From the NCBI GenBank assembly GCA_965113315.1, contig OZ220372.1: a stretch of 64,000 bases of DNA; one strand, written 5' to 3'. Positions 40,122-51,000 of this stretch are shown here, piece by piece. The notes below the pieces were generated by a model. That model saw nothing but the letters and a program-made list of their open reading frames with translations. It did no database searches and was not told the DNA's origin. The position numbers and the translations under genes are program-made. Within the stretch, counting starts at the first letter, position 1; each line of letters begins with the position of its first letter. Source of the DNA: Podarcis vaucheri. Lineage: Eukaryota.

Positions 40122-43100
40122 CGTAAATGGTTTTGGGGGTGCTTTGCTCAAGGGTGAAAGCAGGGGCTCTTTCCTTTCCTTTTCTTAGTCCTGTTCATAA
40201 ATTTCAGCGCGTCTACACTGAGTAAAACCTAGTTGAATAAAATCCTCTGGCTACCACTACCAAGCTCCCCTCTTCTCAGGTGCACTGCACCCTGGCAAGT
40301 AGGAAGTAGGGAGGTCCTGGGGGTCAATCTCTCTCCCTGCTGTCAAAACCTCTTGCAGAGCTAGCCGCTTTTAGAGCACTGCCTTGCCGTGGCGAAGGGG
40401 CTTGAATAACTCAGAGAAGCTATGAACTATGCTGAGCAGGGCACCCAAGATGGACAGGTCATAGTGGAGAGTTTTGACCAAACGTGATCCACCTGGAGGA
40501 GGAACCGGCAAGCCACTCCAGTATCCCTGCCAAGAAAACTCCATGGACAAAGACAACAGGCATATAAAAGTTATGACGCTGGAAGATGAGCCCCTCAGAC
40601 TGAAGTAGGAAGCTGCAGCCGCCCCCCTGCATGATGAAGGGCCTGTTTTGACCCCAGAGTCCAGCAGTGAGGGAGCCAGAGCAGATTCCTGGGTCTGAGT
40701 CTGAAGCTGGTGATCAGGGGACCACCAAACTGGAAACTGGCTGGGAGGAGCTGACTGAAGCAGATGCCACAGTACCAGGATTCTTAAAACTAGAGCTAGG
40801 AATCTCTTGGATAATTTCCTCTAGATGTGAGGAAGCAAATCCTTGCGCCCCTGTAGAGTTGCCACAAGTCAGAGTAGATTCATCTGAGCTAAATGAAGCC
40901 ATGGCCTGACCTGATAGAAGGCAGCTTCCTCTGTTCCTGTATAAACGATACTCTGAACAGGGTGGGTGTTTAGAAACTGATGGACAGTTGCAGTGAATGG
41001 CGAATCTAGGTATAAGGTTCTCTTACAGTTATAAGGACGCATGTGGAGCTATATGATTGGACAGTGGGTGGTATTCAACATCAGTCCTACTCAGGGAATG
41101 TCCATTGAAGTTAATGGACCTGAATAACTTTGGTTCATTAATTTCAGTGGGTCTCTTCTGAGTAGGACACAGTTGAATACTAACCCTCCCCCCCACCATG
41201 TTTAATGGATTTATGCAAGCAAAACCATGATACTCTTGGTTTTATATATAGCAAAATGGATAACAGTTACAAAGTTAATAGGAATTGTCCTGAATCCAAA
41301 GGAAAGCTGGTGGAAAGGCCGAGAATAGAATCCAGAATGGCAAGTCTCTTGGTCCTGTGCACTACCTTTTCAAGTGGCTCTCACATTTTATTGATTAAAA
41401 TGTTTAATATAAAGTAGTGGCGTCACCAAAGTCTAGAATGGCTTGAGATGTGCTGTCCCAACACAACATTGCTCAGAACACTGCTTGGAATGAGTTTCAT
41501 TTATTTCTTGGGCGGCCCCAAAACTGACCCTCGCCCATCTTTCTTATACTACTTCTCATACATTGATGCATGGCTTTGATTATCATTACCTGATGATGAC
41601 GATGATGCTGTCATAGATGTTGTAAGGATTGCGAAGATAATCAAAGAGGCCAAAGGCAGCAAGTTTCAAGATCATCTCTAGGGCAAACATGCTGGTAAAC
41701 ACAACATTGCAGATTTCCAAAATATTAGTCAGCTCTTCTGGCTGCAGGAGAAGTAAATAAAATAAAATAAAATCGGAAGCCATTTAGGAAACTTTCTATC
41801 ACATACTGTTCTGCCTAGTGTACAATAAATGGGGCCTCTGGGTAGAGAAGAGACTCTTGCAACTTTTCCATTTATTTTTTTAAATTGCATGTTAAATGTC
41901 TGTCTGTAAAACCACCATCTCCCAGTGATGTCCCAATATTTCATGATGTTTCACTTGTTATCCCCGAGTTTTTACCTTAACTCCTTTATGTTCTGTTTTG
42001 GTTCTGTCTCCAGGAGTGAAGGCTGTTGCTGTTTTTTAAATTGTAGCTGTTTTAGGGTGAATAACAGCTTCACCCTATGAAATGAAGAAATGAGGTTGCA
42101 GGAAGCTTAATGTGCAAATTTGGTGTTATAAGAAGACTGAGGATTACTGTGATGTTCCATAGAAATTTACAATATACCATGTATATTGTACTGAATGCTG
42201 GTTCCTTATGAATAAGGATACGTGATACAGATTATGGACCAGCATACCAACTGGGAACTTGAAATTGTTTTGAAGATCTTCAGGGCATTTGCACTGAGGC
42301 CGTTATATGCATGTTGAAAAACCTTATCTGTAAAATTTGCATCACAGTACTGAGAAAGGTGGAAGTTATTTCTGCAAGTTTCATGTTCTTATTTTAATGT
42401 ATGTATATTTAGGACTTAACAGTACTAGTGCCCTCTTCTGCCTCCTATAGAATTACATTACTATGTTACTAATGTTGATCTTAGACTATAAAAATTTAAA
42501 GTGAATTCACTGCTGGATTGCCAAACATAGCTCTATTATGGACTTGGTTGTATTCAAACAACAGAAGCACACAATTTCATTTTTGTGGTCTTTCACTGAC
42601 TATTTCTACAAATAATTTTGTTTTGCATCAAACTTTGTTGTTCTTTATGATCGTTGGATATGTATTTTTTCATCTGCTTAATTGGAACAAACTATTTCAA
42701 TCCTTTGCTTTTCTTTTTTTCTTATTATTTTTTAAAAACCATCAAGAAGGTATGCTTATCACTTTCACCATCCATGGCATGTGTTGGAGCACTAGCACCA
42801 GACTATAATAGTATACTAGAGCTGCTTTCTAAAATGAATTAGCACATTTCTTTTAAAAAACGTTTTGTATTAAACCCTAAACGGCCTCGGTCCAGTATAC
42901 CTGAAGGAGCGTCTCCACCCCCATCATTCTGCCCGGACACTGAGGTCCAGCGCCGAGGGCCTTCTGGCGGTTCCCTCCCTGCGAGAAGCAAAGTTACAGG
43001 GAACCAGGCAGAGGGCCCTCTCAGTAGTGGCGCCCGCCCTGTGGAACGCCCTCCCATCAGATGTCAAAGGAAAAAACAACTACCAGACTTTTAGAATACA

Positions 43101-43487
43101 TCTGAAGGCAGCCCTGTTTAGGGAAGCTTTTAATATCTGAAGGACTATTGTATTTTAATATTTTGTTGGAAGCCACCCAGAGTGGCTGGGGAAACCCAGC
43201 CAAATGGACGGGGTATAAATATATTATTACTATTACTATTATTATTAACATTTCCCTTAATGCAAAAGTCAATCAATCAATTTTTGGAAACAAAAAATAA
43301 CACTCACCCCAGTTATTTTGTGACTTCCTCTCTGTTTGCAATAATGCATATTTTCGAACAAAACTTTCCTCTATCCTTCCTTTCTTCTTTTCTCGGTGTT
43401 TTCAGCTTCCCACCCCCAGTCCTTTTTATACCCCTATACGTCTAGTAGCAGCTTGCTAGGCCTTGTTCTGCTAATCTTTTCTCATAA

Positions 43488-43532
<45 letters not shown>

Positions 43533-45004
43533 CTGCTGTCTCATTAATTACCCAATGGAATATGTAGAAATCTTGCAATGTATTTTATCGAAGAGGAGCT
43601 TGTTATGCTTGGCGCTCAAGCACACACTTAGGCTATAACACAATTCCATAAATAGAGTACACAGCCAATCATGTCACTTCTATCTTGTATATGTTGCATA
43701 CAGAACAAGCGTGTCAAGAAAACTGGTGGCATGATGCTATTACCCCCTGGGATGTTTGTGGTGAGAAAAAGGCTTGAATCAAATGATTCAGCCTTGGATG
43801 CATGCGGTATCAGGTCATTTGTGGTCTTCTTGGAACTTGCAAATAACATCCACTCACTAAGCCAGAAAAATACAGTTCTGCTTAGTTCATATGCGCGTGT
43901 GTGCGCGCGCCACAAATAAGTGATTGAATGAATAGACTTCAACCACCTGCCCTCCGATGCTTTCTCCTGAGTTCCCATTCCAGTTCCTTAGCGCTTTGTC
44001 CCACATAATCATCTGTTCACTCGCACCAAGTGGTTTTGACAACTGCTGTCCAAAAAAATCCCCTCCCTCCTGTATTCTGAAAAAGCAAAACCCTTCTCTC
44101 TCCACAGCCTACTAATTCATCCCCACACTTTCTCGGGATCAGCGACTTCACGCTAATTTCAACACAATGAGAAGGGGGAAACAGCAACAACTGCACACCT
44201 TTCCCATGCCAGATGATTCTTTATTAAAGCTGCCAGTTTCCCTAAGTGAAAAAGTAAAGACAGAATGGGAGAAACAAGGCTTCTATTTCCACCCATAATT
44301 ATGTTTGACTAATAATGCAAGTGCTAAAAGGCAAAAGATGGAATGTAAAAACTAACAGAGTGATCTTATGCATCTTCACACAGAAGGAAGAGTAAGTGTT
44401 TGTAGGATAAGACTATGCACACTGTAGTAAGCCCCAGGGAAGCAGAATTTACTTTGGAGTCCATCTGCATAGGATTAACTTCTAAGGGTCTTTCCTCATA
44501 ACTTAAAAACCTGTATTGTAGGGTGAAGAAAAGACAGACGGTAATTTCAGAAAGAAGTGGAAATCCCTCCCCTTATTTATCTCTACCATATAACACTGGT
44601 CTTGAGATCTGCATTGGTTCCCAGTACGTTTCCAAGCACAATTCAAAGTGTTGGTGCTGACCTTTAAAGCCCTAAACGGCTGCAGTCCTGTATACCTGAA
44701 GGAGCATCTCCACCCCGATTGTTCAGCCCGGACACTGAGAGGGCCTTCTGGCAGTTCCCTCACTGCGAAAAGTGAGGTAACAGGGAACCAGGTAGAGGGC
44801 CTTCTTGGTAGTGGAGCCTGTGCTGTGGAACTCCTTCCCATCAGATGTCAAGAGAAATTAGCAACTATCCTCCTTTTAAAAGGCATCTGAAGGCAGCCCT
44901 GTTTAGGGAAGTTTTTAATGTTCAATGCTGTATTGTTTTTAATATTCGATTGGGAGCCACCCAGAGTAGCTGGGGAAACTCTGCCAGATGGGCGGGGTAT
45001 AAAT

Positions 45005-45051
<47 letters not shown>

Positions 45052-48000
45052 TACTTTTCATTTCCTGAGCTGAAGAATCAGGCAGAACAAGAACATTTTG
45101 GATCATTCAATAAGCCTCTGTGTAAAACTCCTGCAAGGTGGTGTGGAGGATAGCAGCTTTTTGCAATATGTGTTCTGAGGCGGGTTGAAAATAGGATGCT
45201 GTCCTAAAATTTGTATGTTTATCCTGGGCATGAAGGAACGCCAACTGTAATTTCAACCAATCACTCTCCAAGGCAGATATCACATTAGAATATATTTTGC
45301 ATTTTACTGCCACTACCCACTTCTGAAAATGTTGAGTTGGGGGGAGGAGACGCTAGAGGAAAATACGAGTGAGGACTGAACAGGACAGAAACTTGTTTTG
45401 TAAAAATAGACATAACCTGCCTCACTGTGAACGCTTTAATTTCTAAATCGCATTGTGGTGTGTTTTACATTTTTCCTTGCCTTTCTGAGAAGAGGTCTGC
45501 GGGGCTTGCATTTTCCTCCCCCTTCATCTAATATAGATGAGAGATGTGAAACCTGAGGCACAGAATTGTGCCCTGAATATGACTAGCATATTTCATTCTG
45601 ATCTCAGTGTTCAAATGGAGTATCTCACAAACAAATAAAATGCTGAATGAGTGGGAGAGTGAAACTAAAGACCTCACCTGTTTCACAAAAAGTAGTGGTT
45701 TTTTACATGGCAGGGCAGTGGTGGAGAGAGGTGGGGAGAAGCTTTCCTAATATCCACCCACTTCATTCATTCCTGCACATGGTACTAGAGTTGCACATGG
45801 TGGAATTCCTGCATACAGTCACTCAATAAACACACCCCAGTGTTCACGCAATGACACTAAAAATGTCAAGGATATCACATGGAACCATTCCGACAAGTCT
45901 CTCAAATAGAAATTGCAATGGAGGTGCTGCATGGGGAACTTATTGCAAGCACAAAATATAGCACACAAACCAAGTGTGGGAAATGCAGTCTCCACCCCAC
46001 ATAAGGGGTATCGAGGGGAGAAGTGTGGCTCGCATAAGACAAAAATGTAACATTAACAAGTGCATATTTACTTTGCTGGAAATGTATTCTGCAGAAAGGT
46101 TATAGGGGGAAACTTCTATTTGTAGTATAATGCTCATTTCCATGAAGCTCCCCACCACAGAGACGAGCGCACATCCGAGTGGATTAAAGATACGCCTATT
46201 TTTGGCAAGGCATTTTGAGATACCAGTCCTGTCCTATTTAGATGCGTGCTTGTCTGTATGGGGGCAAGCACAACCGTGATGAAAATAAGCTCAGAACTGC
46301 ACAAGCAAATCTGCCCAAAGAGTCTTTGGCAGAAACTAGAAAAAGCAAAAATACCAATTCCAGCCCAAACTGAACAGATTATGTCAGTCATAATGAGAAA
46401 TGTAATGTAGCATCATGATATAATGGTGAATTGTCTTCCTTGCTCCTGCTGACGTGTTCTCTCTCTCACGCCTTCTGTGCCTTCGTGAGGAACTGATGTT
46501 TTAAAAGTCATCCTTGTCTGTCTCTTACCGAAAAGGTCACCTGTTCCCGCTCACTCTCCTTTCCTCCCTGACATCTGTTTCACTAGTCAAGTGCACATCT
46601 GCTAATCTTTTTCTAATGGGCCATCACTCACCCCAGGGAATGGTTCTACCTAGGGAGTTGGGTAAGAAAAGAAGAGCGTAGGAGAGGGAGACAGAAGAGG
46701 AACGGCTGGGGAAAGGCAAAACTTCTAACAATTCCACATTCCTGAGTGGAAAGGAAAATACAAAACAGAACACAGAGAGCCAGAGACACAATGAAAAAGC
46801 AAAGCAAAGAGGAAGCCAGAAGCAAATTATTAGGATGGGAAAATAATGAAGGGAGGGGAGGCTGAAGACATGCAATACAACTAAAGAACCCTGGCATACA
46901 AAACAAACAACGATGAGGATGATGTATGAAGCCCAAACTAGATGCCTTGTTGGGGGTGTTTAACAAAGTTGCAGGAGTGGGAGGAATGATGGTCAGCACA
47001 CACTTGGCTGTTTCACACCAGCTGTTGGACCAACCTATGGTTTCTATGAGGGAAGGGAACAGGCGGTGGTGAGGGAGATTCAGTTTTCCTGCTCAACCAT
47101 AGACCTCACTTACGGTGCAATCAGGGGCTAGCTCAACTGAGTTCAGTAGAATTGACTCACTTTGGACCTTGAGCCAGCTGTCAGCCTAACCAATCCCACA
47201 AGGGTGCTGTGAGATTAGAAGCGGGCAGGAGGCAAACCATGTACAATGGCAGGCATAAAATGTAAGCAATATTCAGAGGCATACTTAGCTGTTATGAAGT
47301 TAATTCATTGATAGACCTATGCTCCATAAATTTGTCCTAAAGAAAGCGGCCATCACTATTCCCAGTGACAAGGAGGATGACAAACCTCTTATGTGTTGTA
47401 TAAAGAAGTACTTTCTTTTGGCTATTGTGATGGGGCAGGTTGATCTAACACAGGAGTGGGGAACCTGCGGTTCTGCAGAAGTTGTTAGACTCTGACTCCC
47501 ATCAACCACAGCAAGCATGACCAATGGTCAGGGATGATGGGAGTTGGAGTCCAACAGCATATGGAAGGCCACAAGTTCCTTACATCTGCCTAAAAAGAGA
47601 GTAAAGTCATATCTACACTACACTAGCTCATATTTATTATTACTCCATACTTTCCAGGGCTGAGTCACGGCACTGATTTTAAAAATGTTCTGAAGTTAAG
47701 CTGTGGCAATACTGACTCAAATTAAACCCTTCCCAGAGGTCTTAGCACATACTGTTGTTATGTTCTGATGGTTATTCTATAAATAGTCCTAAACAGTACA
47801 TTAACTCAAGCTTATGTAAAATTTAAATGAAGTAACTCACGCCTAAATCTCCCTTTAGCTACATGGCTCTTGGATAACCTCTCCATCATATAAGTCATGT
47901 GTTTATAACATTTGAATATTAGTAGATGATTATACTGATTGTTCTTTGCCCTTACTCGTTGCCAATCAAAGTGATAACTACTCAGCTTCTTTAATTTTTC

Positions 48001-51000
48001 TTTATGTCAGATCTTTCTTTTTAAAAAATGATTTATGTTTTTATACAGGCCTCCTCTGAGCTGGGCATCATTATTTTTAAGAATGAGGTGGCTACATTAG
48101 TGCTTATTATACAAAGCAGAGGTTCTAATCAACCAGGGCCCTCTTAAAAGGCTATGCCCACTCTGTCTGATTCACAGCCAATTCTGTGCTATGAATATTC
48201 CATAAACAGAAAGCAAGACTGTGGGCAGGTTAGTCAGCAAATGTGGGTTATCATCATACATATTGCAAAAAAAAGGGGGGAGGAGAATGGTATTTTCCAC
48301 ACTCAACTGCTATCCTGTCAAACTTTCACAGAAAAACAATGAAACTAAGGATGGTTGGGATTGCCCTTTGATTATTGTTGTGTATAGTTTAGTTTAGTTT
48401 TGTATTTGTTTTGTTTCAAAAACTAATAAAGCATCTTTAAAAAGAAAAAAGAAACTAAGGATGGAGGAGAAATTTGATTCACATCACATTTAAGGGTCAA
48501 ACTACCTAACTCACAATTTCTGAAACAATATGTGAACCAAAACACAACCATCCTTTGAAATCTGCATTCCTCTGAATTTTGCAATGCAGTTCTCCAGCTA
48601 AGTAATTTATACAAAAATGCATATACTAGGGTAAATTAATGATAAAGTGTGCATAACATAACAATAACATAGTGAAAATAATACACCAAAAATCCATTAC
48701 CAAAAGCTTCTTTGCAAAACTGTGTTTCTGTGTATTCAAACATTTGTATACAGCCCACTTACACAGGGGTTATGTTCTAGGCCCCTGCATGCATAACTGA
48801 AATCACATAAACTGGGGAGCACTATCTAAAAGGCCTCCAGACACCCATTTCCCCCCCTGCTCTCCAGCTCTCTCTCCCACTCTCTCCCCAATCCAGACCA
48901 AAATATCTGTAGTTGAAGCTATGGGGCTGCCTGAAGAATGTGCAAGAAAGTTGCTACTGCTGCTGCTGTGCTACCCCGCATGTCAGCTGTTAGACGGGGA
49001 GGCTGAGTAGCCAAAACAAAGCCTCACTGCACCTCAGGTCTCTTTGGGTCTTCCTCCTCCCTCACTGATGTCCTCTTTGGGCTCTGGGGAGGGTCTCCTT
49101 GTGAGCTACGAGGACTCTCCAGCTCTCTCCCACCATTTCTGGATTTGAAAATAAATTACTTATTTATTTTCCTGGTGTCACACATATATGTGGTTGCACA
49201 TGAGTCAATCATGTGTAAGTGGGAGGGTGCCTGTATTTGGAGAAATGTCCTGATGAATTCTCAGAAGGACTGTTTTGGCGGGGGGAGGGGGCGGAATCTG
49301 CAAACTGATGCAGAAATGTGAGACCTGAATTCAAGATTGGAAAAATGAGAAACTGAGAGAAACCAATAATGACAGATTCATCTATTGTTAAGAAGAAGCT
49401 AGGGGGCTCTTTTTAGTTGTGTGGATGTACAGAAAGATGTTGTATGCATGACCTGGTAGCAGTCTTTCTTATTCTGGATTTAACTTGGCCCCCGCTAAGC
49501 AGTAGGTGCCAAGTCCCCTGACAGGCCTTGGTAAGAGGAAACAGACCCTGTCAGGTTTGTCTCCTGCTGCTCACATCAGGTTGCCTAACTTCTCAAACAT
49601 GAAGATGGCAACTTCCTCCTCAACTTTGACGTCACCCTCATTTTACACCCACTCGGGCAGTATTCCACCTGCCCACATGCACTACCTTCTGCTCTCTCTT
49701 TCACTGCCCACAGAACTGCTCACAGCAAAGCTCCAGCTTCATTGAGGCAGATCACAGGACCTCCACAGTACCATCAGTCTGCAACTACATGGCCAGTTCC
49801 TTCCTCTTCTGACTACACTGAAACACATATTTCACAAGCACCTCAGATCAACCAACATTCCAGAGAGTATGTTACATGGCAATCCTAACTACAACTACTC
49901 AGAAGTCCCATTGAATTCAGTGGGGTTTACTTTCAGGTAAATGGGGCTAGGCTTGTCACCTGTGTCAGGAATGCTGAGCAAGGGCTGGTCATCTCTCACT
50001 ATCTTGATACGATGTGCTGTCCACAAAGCACACCAACATGCATCAACAAATGCAGGTCACCCGAGTTCGGTGAAAAACTGTTGTGCGAAGGCGACCATGC
50101 CTTCTGATGAGCAACTGGACATTCATAATGCAGATTCTTTGCAGTTGTAAACACAGAAATATAATTATTTTCTACAAAGCTATAATGTTGATTTAAAATG
50201 CCACATTATTAACTTTCTACAGACATCAGGGTGCGGCTACTGAGGGAATATTTCATGCGGAGGAACAAAACTAATTTGCATGAATTAATTGCCTGCAATT
50301 AACATAAGTTGCAAATTGTTTTCATGAACTTAGCTGAGGCCAAAACTACAATGTGTTCTCTATGTGATGTGAAACTGTGGCATCAGCCCTTGGGGGAAAA
50401 TGGAAGAAAAATCCTGAGAGATTAAAAATAACACCAATAGATTAGGAAATTGTTTTACTGGCTTCGCAGTTCAGAGTGTAAGCCTGTGGGTAGCATTTGT
50501 TCTTTTAATTCAATTGTTGTGCTGCACCGAGTGCCGAAGCACTTTCCAAATAAGAACAGCTACAGCAATCACTACTCTAATAATTCCTGTACATTGCAAC
50601 CCCTCTTTGGAAACCCCTTAGGTTTTCAATTTTTGAAACAAAATCTTTACAACATCAAGGCCTGAAAATGTCCTGTTACAAACAGAATGACCACTGGAAT
50701 GGTCACAATTCGAACACAAATATCTGAGTTTCCTTGTATGCGCCTTGAAAGCTGGATCCTCTGCCATTCCTACTGCATACATCAATAGCAGCAGGTGGGA
50801 GGGGTACCACTGCACACCTGGCCTCCCATCAGCTGCTTACTGGAAGGGACAAGGTTGGATTGGCTCTGGTGATGCAACTGACCTCCTCGCTGCCTCACCC
50901 TCCCTCCCCAAACCTTAAAGCAGAAACAGCTTCACTGAAAGAAAGCTGGTGTTGCAGCTCCACCCAACAGAGTGAATCACTTTGGCTATACAAGATGCTA

